DNA of 64,000 bases. Source: Deltaproteobacteria bacterium. Lineage in GTDB: Bacteria > Desulfobacterota > Desulfobaccia > Desulfobaccales > 0-14-0-80-60-11. The stretch covers positions 12,937 to 76,936 of the forward strand of contig JAKAKP010000133.1 of assembly GCA_021813445.1 (NCBI GenBank), read 5' to 3'. Shown here in pieces: positions 1 through 11,084 of the stretch. The position numbers were made by a program, and so were the translations under genes. The first letter of the stretch is position 1; each line of letters begins with the position of its first letter. A model generated the notes under the pieces. That model was given only the letters and a program-made list of their open reading frames with translations, ran no database searches and was not told the origin of the DNA.

Positions 1-966
1 GCGGCCCAATACCAGGAACGTCCCGAGGACCAGGAAAAATCCCCCTATCTCCCCTACCTGGTGAGTTCCGCACCGGAGAGCAAAAAACCGGAAGCCATCT
101 TCACCCGGGACCCCAAGACCGGGCTCCAGGTATGGAGCGGCGAGTGGGGCTACCCCGGAGACGGCAATTATCTGGATTTTCACAAAAAACGTTTCCCCGG
201 CGGCCTGCGCTACTGGCGGGTGACCAGCGCCAAGGCCGATCTGGCGGACAAAGGCCCTTATCATCCGGAATGGGTCATGGAGCGCATCCACAACCAGGCG
301 GACCATTTTGTCGGCCTGATTCACGACATCCTGGCGGACTTCCGGACCACCCATAACCAGCCCGGCATTATCGTCTCTCCCTACGACACCGAGCTTTTCG
401 GCCACTGGTGGTTCGAAGGCCCGGAATGGCTCTACCAGGTGTTGAGCCGTCTGAAGAAAAGCACCCGGGTGGGCCTGACTTCTGCGGGCAGCTTCCTGGA
501 AGAGGCCGCGCCCTTGTCCGTCATCTCCCTGCCGGAAGGCTCCTGGGGGGAGGGCGGCTATCACTGGATCTGGCTCAACGAGATGAATGACTGGACCTGG
601 CGCCATATCTATCCTGCGGAGCAGGAGATGGAAGAGCTGGCCCAGAAGTGGGCCAACGACCCGGACCCCCGCCTCCAGGATCTCTTGAAGCAATGCGGCC
701 GCAGCCTCTTTCTCCTGGAGGCCTCGGACTGGCAGTTTCTCATCAGCACTTTTTCCGCCCGGGATTATGCGGAATTGCGGCTGGTGATGCATCATGACGA
801 TTTCCGGCGTCTGACGGCCATGGCCCGGCAGTATGCCGCAGACCGGGATCTGTCTCCGGAAGATTGGAATTTCCTGCAACTCTGCCGGGAGCGGGATGCG
901 GTCTTTCCGGATATCGACCCCCAGTGGTGGGCGCAGGTGCAGTACCCGCCGGAGGAAGGACTATAG
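1..966 (+). CDS. GH57-family 1,4-alpha-glucan branching enzyme, C-terminal part (5' end outside window)
   Basis: The frame of ORF 61..966 stays open back to position 1. Motif SPYDTELFGHWWFEGPEWL and the helical C-terminal region are typical of GH57/DUF1957 branching enzymes. Confidence 0.8.
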   Translation, partial: AAQYQERPEDQEKSPYLPYLVSSAPESKKPEAIFTRDPKTGLQVWSGEWGYPGDGNYLDFHKKRFPGGLRYWRVTSAKADLADKGPYHPEWVMERIHNQADHFVGLIHDILADFRTTHNQPGIIVSPYDTELFGHWWFEGPEWLYQVLSRLKKSTRVGLTSAGSFLEEAAPLSVISLPEGSWGEGGYHWIWLNEMNDWTWRHIYPAEQEMEELAQKWANDPDPRLQDLLKQCGRSLFLLEASDWQFLISTFSARDYAELRLVMHHDDFRRLTAMARQYAADRDLSPEDWNFLQLCRERDAVFPDIDPQWWAQVQYPPEEGL

Positions 967-1100
967 GGCTAACTCAAAGCAACCGCTGGGCCTTTGGCCA
1001 CCAGAAAAAAATGAAGGCTGGTGAAGCGGACTTGCGTGCCCGCCGGAGCCTCCGGGCAGCCCGGGACGGCCGCCCCACCGTCCAACCGTTATTGATTTTT

Positions 1101-1432
1101 CAGAACAGTTGCTCATGAGCCATTGGCCCACCCGTAAATTATGAAAAAAGTCGTAGGGGCGGGCGTCTCGCCCGCCCTGTTAATCCGCACAGGCTGGAAA
1201 GCCTGTGCTACCACAAGGACTTTTCGGAGCAGCTCCTCATGGGCCTTGGACCCACCCGTAAAGGGTGAGTAGTTTTATTCCCCCCTCACCCCACCCCTCT
1301 CCCCCCGCAAATTGTTGGTAGGAATAAGGGCGCTTTCTGGGCGGGGGGAGAGGGAGTAGGCGCCCGATATGACCCCCGTTTCCAAGGGGTGACTTCCCCC
1401 CCTTTGAAAAAGGGGGCAGGGGGGATTTTGAT
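1101..1432. repeat. Composite cluster of REP-like palindromic/direct repeats
   Basis: A ~40-bp direct repeat (1101-1143 vs 1225-1268, ...CTCATGrGCCwTTGGmCCCACCCGTAAA). Hairpins gtaggggcgggcgtctcgcccgccc and cacaggctggaaagcctgtg. Inverted ctctccccccgc/gcggggggagag. A ccccctttgaaaaagggggcagggg unit that recurs near 15040-15120. Confidence 0.7.
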
Positions 1433-1726
1433 GCGCCTCAATAGTGAGGCAGCGTGCTTCCTGAGGATAAAGCCGGTCAGAATCTGGAACGAGCAAGGTT
1501 TGCCGCCGATTTTAACCGGGACTTCAAAGGACACCATTATCTACGTGGGTTTTTTACCACAGGAACAAGGGGCTGTGGTTTTTTTGCCACAAGGCAGTAA
1601 GAACGGTCCCGACTCAGGATAAACAGAGTTTCTGAATTATCCGCGTTTCTTCAGGGCATTATCCCTCATTTGCCCCCTTCTGCGAATTTGCCGGCGCCTG
1701 GTATGAGGATTGCACCCTGGGAGGGC

Positions 1727-2644
1727 ATGTTCTGGCAAAAGACCTTGGCGCATCCTGTAGAAGTTGCCGGTATCGGCCTCCACGGGGGCCGGCCGGTGAC
1801 GGTGACCATTCATCCGGCCCAGGCTAATCAGGGGCTGCGGTTCGTGCGCGCGGACCTGCCCGGCCGCCCCCAGATCCTGGCCCATTATTCCCGGGTCGTG
1901 GACACCACCCGGGCCACTACTCTGGGGGAGAACGGCTGCACCCTGTCCACCGTGGAACACCTTCTGGCCGCGTTGCGGGGCCTGGGGGTGGACAACGCCC
2001 TGATCCACGTGGAAGGGCCGGAAGTCCCCATCATGGACGGCAGCGCCGCCCCCTTTGCCCGACTCTTGACGGAGACCGGGCTCCGTTCCCTGCCCTGGCC
2101 CCGGGCCCATATGCTCATCGAGCGGCCCGTGGAGTTGCGGCACGGGGACCAATGGATGCGGGTGAGCCCGGGAGAGGCAAAGATCACCTACAGCATCGAC
2201 TTTCCCCATCCCTTGATCCGCCGCCAGCGCTTCACCGCGGCCCTGAAACCGGGGACCTTCTCCCGGGAGATCGCACCGGCCCGGACCTTCGGGTTTTTGA
2301 AAGAAGTGGAGTACCTTAAGGCCCACGGCCTGGCCCTGGGCGGGTCCCTGGACAATGCCCTGGTCCTGGACGACACCGGGGTCTTGAATCCGGACGGCTT
2401 CCGGTTTGCCGATGAATGCGTGCGCCACAAAATTCTGGACGCGGTGGGCGACCTGGCCCTGCTGGGCCTGCCCCTGCTGGGGCGCCTGGAAGTGAGCCGG
2501 GGGAGCCACGCCCTGCACCATCAATTCCTGGAAGCCCTGCTGGCCCGGGAAGACGCCTGGAGCCTCTGGGTGCCCACCAGCCGGGAACGGGCCGCCCGGC
2601 CCCGTTGGGCCCCGGCGCCCCTGTGGGAGGGCGTACCGGCTTAA
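1727..2644 (+). CDS. lpxC: UDP-3-O-acyl-N-acetylglucosamine deacetylase
   Basis: MFWQKTLAHPVEVAGIGLHGGRPV... and HKILDAVGDLAL match LpxC. I prefer the internal ATG at 1727 over the ORF-track start 1670 because LpxC N-termini begin near this motif. Confidence 0.9.
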   Translation: MFWQKTLAHPVEVAGIGLHGGRPVTVTIHPAQANQGLRFVRADLPGRPQILAHYSRVVDTTRATTLGENGCTLSTVEHLLAALRGLGVDNALIHVEGPEVPIMDGSAAPFARLLTETGLRSLPWPRAHMLIERPVELRHGDQWMRVSPGEAKITYSIDFPHPLIRRQRFTAALKPGTFSREIAPARTFGFLKEVEYLKAHGLALGGSLDNALVLDDTGVLNPDGFRFADECVRHKILDAVGDLALLGLPLLGRLEVSRGSHALHHQFLEALLAREDAWSLWVPTSRERAARPRWAPAPLWEGVPA

Positions 2645-2673
2645 AGGACGGTTTCTCGTTTTCAGTTTTCCGC

Positions 2674-2710
2674 GGGCAGGCCATTTTGTGGCCTGCCCTT
2701 TTATTTTTTA
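2674..2710 (+). terminator. Intrinsic terminator after lpxC
   Basis: Perfect 9-bp stem gggcaggcc/ggcctgccc with a 7-nt loop, followed by ttttatttttt. Confidence 0.7.
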
Positions 2711-2731
2711 TATTCCTCGACACCTCCCCCT

Positions 2732-5194
2732 TTGTGCTACAATCTCCCCATGTCTCAGACACCTTTGAGCCGCCCTCTTGTCTCTTTCCGTAAGTATTTT
2801 TATTCATTGATAATAGTTGCTGCCGCAGTTGCCCTCGTTTTCCTCGCGGGCTGTGCGCCCAAGGTGATAGCGCCGCCTATGCCGCCGCCGGAGGTGGTGG
2901 AGGCTCCGCCGCCCCCGCCGCCGCCACCACCGGCCGGCCTGCCCAAGGTCCAGGACCCCCGGCTCTCCCGCCTGGATACCGTGGCCGCCCGGGAGCTGGC
3001 GGCCGGGAACATCCCCGGAGCCGTCATTTTTGTGGGCAACCAGGGCAAAATCGTCTACCACCGGGCCCTGGGCCTGCGGACCATGACCCCTTACCAGCAG
3101 CCCATGACCGAGGACACCATCTTTGATCTGGCTTCCCTCACCAAGGTGGTGGCCACGACCACGGCCATCATGCAGCTCCGGGACCAGGGCCGCATCCGCC
3201 TCAATGATCGCGTGGCCAAATACTGGCCGGAATTTGCGGCCAACGGCAAGGGCGGCATCACCCTGCGGCAGCTTATGACCCACACCTCCGGCCTGCGGGC
3301 CGACGTCAATTCCCGGGTGCATTGGTCGGGCTATGAAGGGGCCATGGCGGCCATCGTCGCGGATCATCCCATCAGACCCCCGGGCACCATGTTCCATTAC
3401 AGCGACGCCAATTTCATCGTCCTGGGGGAGATCGTGCACCGGGTTTCGGGCCTGCCCCTGAACGTCTATTGCGCCCGGAATATTTTCCAGCCCCTGGGCC
3501 TCAAGGATACCACCTTCCTGCCCCAAAGCAGCCAGAAAGGCCGCATCGCACCCACGGATATGCGCTGGGGCAAGGTGCATGACCCCACGGCCTTCCGCAT
3601 GGGCGGGGTGGCGGGCAATGCCGGGGTCTTTTCCACCGCGGGCGATCTAGCCATTTTCGTGCAGATGCTCCTGGACGGCGGTTCCAGCCGGGGTAAGCAG
3701 ATTCTCAGTTCCGCCGCGGTGGCGGCGATGATCAAACCCTGTGCGGTCCCGGGTAACGGCACCCGCCGGGGTCTGGGCTGGGATATTTGCTCTCCCTACA
3801 GCCGGATCTTCAACGCCTCCTTCCCCATGGGCTCCTTCGGGCACACCGGCTACACCGGCACCTCCCTCTGGATCGACCCCAAGTCCAAGACCTTCCTGAT
3901 CATCCTCACCAACCGCCTCCATCCCCACGGCCAGGGGAAGGTCAAGGCCCTGCGGGCCCGGCTCTCTGCAGCCCTGGCCCAGGCCCTCCCCCTGGGCAGA
4001 CCGGCGAGAGCTGCGGTGGGAGGCCCTGCACCCCGGATGGCGGGCCATGGTTCCAGCGAGGGCCCGGATCAGGTGCGCAGCGGCCTGGAAGTCCTGGCCG
4101 CATCGGGCTTTGCCCCCCTGAAAGGCAAGAATATCGGGGTGATCACCAATCACACGGCCGTGGATGCCGCCAAGCGCTCCATACTCCAACTGCTGCTCCG
4201 GACCCCGGGGGTCAAGGTGCGGGCCATCTTCAGTCCGGAACACGGCCTGTCCGGCCAGTTGGACGAGAAGATCGCTTCCGGCCGGGATGCCGCCTCCGGC
4301 CTGCCGGTCTACAGCCTCTATGGCAAAATAATGCGGCCCACGCCGGCCATGCTCCGGGGGCTGGACGCCCTGGTCTATGATATCCAGGACGTGGGCACCC
4401 GGTTCTATACCTATATCACCACCATGACCTATGCCATGGAGGCCGCGGCCCACGCCGGCCTGGAATTCTATGTGCTGGACCGGCCCGATCCCCTGACCGC
4501 GGCCAGCGTCCAGGGGCCGATGCTGGACCCGAGTTTATGCTCCTTCATCGGCTGCTTCCCGATGCCGGTGCGCTATGGCCTGACCGTGGGGGAACTGGCG
4601 CAGCTCTTGAACCGGGAGAAGCACATCGGCGCCAGGTTGCAGGTGGTGAAGATGGAGGGTTACCGGCGGAAGGCCTGGTTCGACGAAACTGGTTTGCCCT
4701 GGATCAATCCTTCCCCCAACCTCCGGTCGCTGACTGAGGCAATCCTCTACCCGGGCGTGGGCCTGGTGGAATCCGCTAATGTCAGCGTGGGCCGGGGCAC
4801 TGCCACTCCTTTTGAAGTCATCGGCGCGCCCTGGATTTCCGGGGTCCGGCTGGCCCAGTATTTGCGCCAGCGGCAGATCGCCGGGATTGCGTTTGAAGCG
4901 GTAACTTTTGTACCTACTGCTAATCCCTTCAGAGGGCAAAGGTGTGAAGGGGTGCGCCTGCGCCTGGAGAACCGGGCCGCCCTGGATGCGCCGGCCTTGG
5001 GGATCGAATTGGCCTCCGCCCTGCTCCATTGCTTTCCGGGGAAATTCCATATGGACGGGGCCTTAGGCATGATCGGCTCCCGGGAGGTTTTGCAGGCCCT
5101 CAAGAATGGCGAAGATCCCCGGAGCATCAAACAGAAATGGCAGTACCGATTGGCGGCCTTTGAGCGCTTGCGGGCCAAGTACCTCCTTTATTGA
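2732..5194 (+). CDS. Lipoprotein fusion: N-terminal beta-lactamase-fold serine hydrolase (AmiE/PBP4*-like) + C-terminal DUF1343/NamZ-like exo-muramidase domain
   Basis: Signal/lipobox LVFLAGC followed by a poly-Pro linker. SxxK-type motif ASLTKVV and YSDANF in the N-terminal half. FSPEHG...LVYDIQDVGTRFYTYITTM (DUF1343) in the C-terminal half. Confidence 0.75.
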   Translation: MCYNLPMSQTPLSRPLVSFRKYFYSLIIVAAAVALVFLAGCAPKVIAPPMPPPEVVEAPPPPPPPPPAGLPKVQDPRLSRLDTVAARELAAGNIPGAVIFVGNQGKIVYHRALGLRTMTPYQQPMTEDTIFDLASLTKVVATTTAIMQLRDQGRIRLNDRVAKYWPEFAANGKGGITLRQLMTHTSGLRADVNSRVHWSGYEGAMAAIVADHPIRPPGTMFHYSDANFIVLGEIVHRVSGLPLNVYCARNIFQPLGLKDTTFLPQSSQKGRIAPTDMRWGKVHDPTAFRMGGVAGNAGVFSTAGDLAIFVQMLLDGGSSRGKQILSSAAVAAMIKPCAVPGNGTRRGLGWDICSPYSRIFNASFPMGSFGHTGYTGTSLWIDPKSKTFLIILTNRLHPHGQGKVKALRARLSAALAQALPLGRPARAAVGGPAPRMAGHGSSEGPDQVRSGLEVLAASGFAPLKGKNIGVITNHTAVDAAKRSILQLLLRTPGVKVRAIFSPEHGLSGQLDEKIASGRDAASGLPVYSLYGKIMRPTPAMLRGLDALVYDIQDVGTRFYTYITTMTYAMEAAAHAGLEFYVLDRPDPLTAASVQGPMLDPSLCSFIGCFPMPVRYGLTVGELAQLLNREKHIGARLQVVKMEGYRRKAWFDETGLPWINPSPNLRSLTEAILYPGVGLVESANVSVGRGTATPFEVIGAPWISGVRLAQYLRQRQIAGIAFEAVTFVPTANPFRGQRCEGVRLRLENRAALDAPALGIELASALLHCFPGKFHMDGALGMIGSREVLQALKNGEDPRSIKQKWQYRLAAFERLRAKYLLY

Positions 5195-5253
5195 GGGATT
5201 TATCGAGGCAGAGGGTTTTCTGTCCCCTCCCCGGGATCGCTTGGCCATGATTC

Positions 5254-5282
5254 TTGACAAACAATGCTCCACTTCCTACAAT
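5254..5282 (+). promoter_or_regulatory. Near-consensus sigma-70 promoter upstream of the OMP gene
   Basis: TTGACA (5254-5259), 17-nt spacer, TACAAT (5277-5282). Lies about 120 nt upstream of the ATG at 5406. Confidence 0.6.
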
Positions 5283-5405
5283 ACGCATATTGTATAATTC
5301 AAGTCGCAGATTGGATAAATTTGTAAAAGAGGTTGGGGGTAAACGTCTAACCGGGCAGATTTTAAAACGTTAAAACTTGGCTTAGGATCAAGGGGGGGTA
5401 ATCCA

Positions 5406-6224
5406 ATGCTTAAAAAGACATATCGGGTAGTCGGTTTATTGCTGCTGCTGGCGGCACTCCTGCTCCCACCCATGGGCGCCAGGGCGGAGATGTATGTGGA
5501 AGCTTATCTTGGCGGGGTTTTTCCTTCTTCCCAGTCTTTCAGTTACAGCGCCACGCCTACTAACTTCTATACTTATAATGTCAACGCACCTGGGAAGTAC
5601 GATCCCGCGGTGATAGGAGGATTAAAGCTCGGCACCTGGTTCGTCAAAGAGGGTTTCCTGGGTTTCAATTACCCCGACTGGATGAAGTATCTGGGCTTTT
5701 TCCTGGACTTTAGCTACCACCGCCTGAATCTGCGGCGTCAGCAAGCAACCTATTCCGAGGTTTTTGCCGGACTGGCCAACACGGGGCAGTTGAATTACTC
5801 TGCCGACGGTTCAATAGCGACCCTGGCCTTTATGTTTGCCGGCCGCTACGGCTTCTTCCCGGATTCCGAGGTGCCTTTCGGCCGGCTGCAGCCCTATGTG
5901 GCCGTAGGCCCGGCCCTGTGTTTCATCAGCCAAAGGCCCAGATTTAGTTTCTCCACCTTTAGCGGTCCTTTCCTCACTGACGATGAGGATCTGTCTTCCA
6001 AGACCAACACCGCGGTGGCTCTGGCCGTGGAAGCCGGGCTGCGTTACATGGCCCTCAAGAACGTTTCCATCGACGCCTCTTTCAAATACCGCTATGCCGC
6101 GACAAGTTTTGATTACACCGTCAACCCGGGAGGCAATGGCTTCTTCGTGGCGACCCATGACATTAAGATGGACTCTACATTACAGCTCTTCAGCTTCCAG
6201 CTGGGCGCAGCTTATCACTTCTAA
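5406..6224 (+). CDS. Outer-membrane beta-barrel protein
   Basis: Signal peptide ending ARA-E, alternating amphipathic strands, and C-terminal ...QLGAAYHF with terminal Phe (OMP signature). Confidence 0.75.
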   Translation: MLKKTYRVVGLLLLLAALLLPPMGARAEMYVEAYLGGVFPSSQSFSYSATPTNFYTYNVNAPGKYDPAVIGGLKLGTWFVKEGFLGFNYPDWMKYLGFFLDFSYHRLNLRRQQATYSEVFAGLANTGQLNYSADGSIATLAFMFAGRYGFFPDSEVPFGRLQPYVAVGPALCFISQRPRFSFSTFSGPFLTDDEDLSSKTNTAVALAVEAGLRYMALKNVSIDASFKYRYAATSFDYTVNPGGNGFFVATHDIKMDSTLQLFSFQLGAAYHF

Positions 6225-6252
6225 ATCTGGTGGAATGCAGATAATGATTAAA

Positions 6253-6287
6253 GGCGGCCCTCGGGCCGCCTTTTTCCTTTTTTTGGG
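6253..6287 (+). terminator. Intrinsic terminator after the OMP gene
   Basis: Stem ggcggccc/gggccgcc followed by tttttccttttttt. Confidence 0.7.
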
Positions 6288-6310
6288 GAAAAGGGAGCGC
6301 CGCACCGGGC

Positions 6311-8023
6311 ATGACTGAACACCGCCTAAAAATAATCGCCTGCCTGGTCCTGGTGCTGGCCACTTTGGTCGTCTATGGAGAGGTTGGAAGCCACCAGTTC
6401 ATTCATTTCGACGACGAGGCTTATGTCTCCAATAATCCGGCAGTCCGGGATGGCCTGACCCTGAAAGGGGTGCATTGGGCTTTTACCACATTATACGCCG
6501 GCTATTGGATGCCCTTGACCTGGCTCTCCCATATGCTGGACTGCCAGCTCTTCGGATTGAACCCCGGGGGGCATCACTACACCAATCTGCTTTTCCATAT
6601 CGCCAATACTCTCCTCCTCTTCCTGTGGCTGCTCCGGGTCACCCGGGCCCCGGGGCCTGCGTTCCTGGTGGCCGCGCTCTTTGCCTGGCATCCGCTGCAT
6701 GTGGAGTCGGTAGCCTGGGTGGCGGAACGGAAAGATGTCCTGAGCACCTTTTTCTGGCTGCTCACCATGTGGGCCTATCTCTGGTACGCGGAGCGCCCGG
6801 CATGGAGCAGATATCTCTTCATCCTCTTGAGCTTCAGCCTGGGCCTCATGGCCAAACCCATGCTGGTAACCCTGCCATTGGTGCTACTACTGCTGGACTA
6901 CTGGCCCCTGCACCGCTGGACGCCAGGGCTTCCGGAGGAAAAAGCGGCCTCCAGGGTAAGCGGCAGGCGTCTGCTTCTGGAAAAAGTGCCCCTGCTGATC
7001 TTGTCCGGGCTCTGCAGTGCAGTGACGATTTTTGCCCAAAGAGCCTCGGGAGCCTTGGCCCCGTTCGGGGAAGTGCCGCTGACGGAGCGCCTGGCCACCG
7101 CGCTGGTGGCCTATGTCTGGAACCCCCTGAAGATGTTCTGGCCTGCCCGCCTGGCCGTACTCTACCCCTATCCCCTGGACTCCGTCCCCCTCTGGCAGGA
7201 GCTGGGAGCCGGGCTCTTCCTGGCCCTCACCTCGCTGCTGCTGGTGCGGCGGCGCCGGCGTTTTCCCTATCTGCCGGTGGGCTGGCTCTGGTACCTGGGG
7301 ACGCTGTTGCCGGTCATCGGCCTGGTGCAGGCGGGAGACCAGGCTTGGGCAGACCGTTTCACTTACGTGCCGCTGATCGGCCTGTTTATTGTCTGCGCCT
7401 GGGGAGCAAGGGATCTGACCGCGGGCTGGGCCGGGGCCAGGGTGCTTAGGCCCGCGGGGGCCGGCATCATCCTGGCGGCTTTGCTGGTCTGCACCTTCTT
7501 CCAGGTCCGCCTCTGGCGGGATTCCATCACCCTGTTCCGGCACACTCTGCGAGTGACCCAAGACAATTATATCATCCACCACAATCTGGGGGTGGCCCTG
7601 ATGGCCCGGGGCCGGAGGGAGAAGGCGGTCCCCCACTTCCTCGCGGCCCTGCGCCTCAACCCGTATAACGCCAGGGCCGAAAACAAGCGGGGCGAAGACT
7701 TGGTGGCCCAGGGGAAAATTGCCGCGGGTATCGCCAGATTTCAGAGGGCCGTCAAATTAAAGCCGGACTTCCCAGAGGCCTACAACAATCTGGGGCTGGC
7801 TTACGCCAGGCAAGGCTTATTGGACCAGGCCCTGGCCATGTTCCACCAGGCCATTGCCCTGGATCAGAATTTTGCCGCGGCCTATAAGAATTTGGGGATA
7901 ACCCTGACTTGCCAGGGGCAGACCCCAAAAGCCAGGGAAATGCTGGAGAAGGCGCTGCAGATCAACCCCAACGATACTGAGGCGCTACGAATTTTGCTGG
8001 ATTTAAAAGACCTTGGGAAATGA
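6311..8023 (+). CDS. Polytopic membrane protein with C-terminal TPR repeats (PMT/TMTC-like, DUF1736-type putative glycosyltransferase)
   Basis: Multiple TM helices. Motif HPLHVESVAWVAERKDVL. C-terminal TPR units (AYNNLGLAYARQG, AYKNLGITL). Confidence 0.65.
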   Translation: MTEHRLKIIACLVLVLATLVVYGEVGSHQFIHFDDEAYVSNNPAVRDGLTLKGVHWAFTTLYAGYWMPLTWLSHMLDCQLFGLNPGGHHYTNLLFHIANTLLLFLWLLRVTRAPGPAFLVAALFAWHPLHVESVAWVAERKDVLSTFFWLLTMWAYLWYAERPAWSRYLFILLSFSLGLMAKPMLVTLPLVLLLLDYWPLHRWTPGLPEEKAASRVSGRRLLLEKVPLLILSGLCSAVTIFAQRASGALAPFGEVPLTERLATALVAYVWNPLKMFWPARLAVLYPYPLDSVPLWQELGAGLFLALTSLLLVRRRRRFPYLPVGWLWYLGTLLPVIGLVQAGDQAWADRFTYVPLIGLFIVCAWGARDLTAGWAGARVLRPAGAGIILAALLVCTFFQVRLWRDSITLFRHTLRVTQDNYIIHHNLGVALMARGRREKAVPHFLAALRLNPYNARAENKRGEDLVAQGKIAAGIARFQRAVKLKPDFPEAYNNLGLAYARQGLLDQALAMFHQAIALDQNFAAAYKNLGITLTCQGQTPKAREMLEKALQINPNDTEALRILLDLKDLGK

Positions 8024-8034
8024 GTGATATATCT

Positions 8035-8071
8035 TTGGTGGCGCAGCCTGGAAAGGCTGCGCCACCAATTT
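8035..8071. terminator. Hairpin between convergent genes (possible bidirectional terminator, REP-like)
   Basis: ttggtggcgcagcc-tggaaa-ggctgcgccaccaa followed by ttt. Sits between the + TPR gene and the - cysK gene. Confidence 0.5.
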
Positions 8072-8128
8072 AATTCCTCTATTTTTGCATCTTCTTTGCG
8101 CCTTGGCGTCTTGGCGTGAGGCCAACCT

Positions 8129-9061
<933 letters not shown>

Positions 9062-9086
9062 GGTTTTCCTTTTTATCTTAAAAGAC

Positions 9087-9731
9087 TTAACTGGAAACGG
9101 GCATTTGCCGTTCAGTGACGGGAGCAAACAACTGTAAGGCCAGATGGACCAAGGCGATCAACACGTAGGCCCAGAAAGAGACCAATGGATTCCAAAACGC
9201 GGCCACTGCGGCTACCAGATAAGAAAAGGCCATGTCTAGGTGCAGCTTATAGATGTAAGCGCGGATGCCCGGGTCGAAAACAGGCTGGATCAACTTTCTG
9301 ATATCCCAGGCGCCTCGCCACGACAGAAAGACCATCAGGGAAGTGGCGCTGAGATTGCAGCCATAAAGCAGGGCCGCGGAGCGCATGCCGAATTTCTCCC
9401 CCAGCATGGCCGCGGAGAAGGGGATCAGGGAAATACAAAAGAGAAAGGCGAGATTAAGCCACAGTTGGTGCGTGTCCGTCTTTTCCAGGAAAGCCGCCAA
9501 GGCGTGGTGGCTGATCCAGTAAAGGCCCAAGGCCAGGAAACTGATGCCGTAACTGACGAACACCGGCCACAAGGACACCAGGGCCAAGATCACTTCATCT
9601 TCGGATTTTGCCGTCTTCAGGGCCGGACTTGCCAGTTGAAAGGCCAACAAGGTCATGGCGATGGCAAACACCCCATCGCTTAAAGCCTCCATGCGCCCCT
9701 TGGTGAGCAACGAAGTTCTTGGTTCCGCCAT
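9087..9731 (-). CDS. TMEM175/DUF1211-family membrane protein (putative K+ channel)
   Basis: N-terminal [17 protein letters not shown] signature and about 6 TM helices. Confidence 0.7.
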   Translation of the reverse strand: MAEPRTSLLTKGRMEALSDGVFAIAMTLLAFQLASPALKTAKSEDEVILALVSLWPVFVSYGISFLALGLYWISHHALAAFLEKTDTHQLWLNLAFLFCISLIPFSAAMLGEKFGMRSAALLYGCNLSATSLMVFLSWRGAWDIRKLIQPVFDPGIRAYIYKLHLDMAFSYLVAAVAAFWNPLVSFWAYVLIALVHLALQLFAPVTERQMPVSS

Positions 9732-9779
9732 AGTTTAGTTCAAAAAAATATCGTTGTACTTTCTGGTTCCTCAGTCTTG

Positions 9780-10120
9780 CCTGGGAACCCAAATAGAAGA
9801 AAAAGCTCCTGCTTTTTCACCAGGCGAAGCAGGAGCTTCGCTCCCAAGGGCGTTCCCAAGCTGGAGCTTGGGAACGAGTAAGGCAACGTAGGGTGGGCGT
9901 CCTCGCCCGCCCCGGAAATCGCCCAGGCTTGAAAACCTGGGATAGCAGTTCATGTAGGGTGGGCACTGCCCACCATTGAGGTTTGCCGGGTGCAAGGGCG
10001 ATAAATGGTGGGCAATGCCCACCCTACATTTCTAAACCGCTAAACCGCCAAACCGCTAACCCCTGCCCCTGGCCCCTGCTCACTGCTCACTGTTTACCGC
10101 TTACTGCTCACTGCTCACTA
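9780..10120. repeat. REP-like palindrome cluster plus short tandem repeats
   Basis: Hairpins gttcccaagctggagcttgggaac, gtagggtgggcgtcctcgcccgcccc, gtagggtgggcactgcccacc and ggtgggcaatgcccaccctac. Then taaaccgc x3 and ctgctcactg-type tandem units (10027-10115). Confidence 0.7.
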
Positions 10121-10124
10121 CTAA

Positions 10125-11078
10125 TCACTCCTTCCCCTTAAAAACCAGCTCCGGCTTCTTCAAAAAGACCTTGGTGTCCGGGGGCACGGATTCGGTGATC
10201 CAGACGTTGCCGCCGATGACGGAGCGGGCGCCGATGACCGTCTCGCCCCCCAGGATGGTGGCCTGGGCGTAGATAATGACGTCGTCCTGCACCGTGGGGT
10301 GCCTTTTTTTGCGGCGCAGGGAATCCACCACCTCCTTGGGCAGGGACAGGGCCCCCAGGGTCACCCCCTGGTAGATCCGCACCCGCTCCCCGATCTCCGT
10401 GGTCTCGCCGATGACCACACCGGTGCCGTGATCGATGAAGAAGCTCTTGCCGATGTGGGCGCCCGGGTGGATATCGATCCCCGTCTGGTGGTGGGCGTAT
10501 TCGGTCATGATCCGGGGCATCAGGGGCACGCCCTGCACCAAGAGCTGGTGGGCCACCCGGTAGACGGTGATGGCCCAGAGCCCCGGATAACTGAAAATAA
10601 TCTCATCGAAACTCTTGGCCGCAGGGTCCCCCTCAAACGCGGCCCGCACATCCGTGCCCAGGATGCTGCGGATTTCGGGCAGTTGATGCATAAAGCGGAT
10701 GGCCTCTTCCTGGCCCCGCTCCTCGCAGTGGGTGCAGTCCAATTGATGCCTTAGGCATTCGTGGCGGATGGCCAGGGCGATCTGCTCCGCCAGCAACTCA
10801 AAGAAGGCCACGGCCTCCTGGCCGAAATAATAAGAGAGGTTGACCTCATCCACCCGGTGGCGGATGAAGTAGCCGGGAAACAGCAGGTGGCGGGCCCGGT
10901 GCAGCAGGTCGATGATGGCCTCCCGGGAGGGGATGGGCTCCGGGCCCACGTGGTCGAAGCAATCCTCCCGGCGGCAGGATAGCACCAATTGATTGACGAT
11001 CTCCGGGATCTCCTCCCGGTAGGCCTGGGCGCTCTTCTCTACCGCTTTGCACCGTGCCAGGTCGGATTCTTCGCCCAT
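10125..11078 (-). CDS. cysE: Serine O-acetyltransferase (long form)
   Basis: Hexapeptide-repeat core [41 protein letters not shown]. Confidence 0.85.
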   Translation of the reverse strand: MGEESDLARCKAVEKSAQAYREEIPEIVNQLVLSCRREDCFDHVGPEPIPSREAIIDLLHRARHLLFPGYFIRHRVDEVNLSYYFGQEAVAFFELLAEQIALAIRHECLRHQLDCTHCEERGQEEAIRFMHQLPEIRSILGTDVRAAFEGDPAAKSFDEIIFSYPGLWAITVYRVAHQLLVQGVPLMPRIMTEYAHHQTGIDIHPGAHIGKSFFIDHGTGVVIGETTEIGERVRIYQGVTLGALSLPKEVVDSLRRKKRHPTVQDDVIIYAQATILGGETVIGARSVIGGNVWITESVPPDTKVFLKKPELVFKGKE

Positions 11079-11084
11079 GAGCTC

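Noticed and set aside
10027-10115. Short tandem repeats (taaaccgc x3, ctgctcactg units), and the 55-bp repeats at 62234-62387, considered as possible CRISPR arrays.
   Set aside because: There is no regular repeat-spacer periodicity, only 2-3 irregular copies, and no cas genes in the window.
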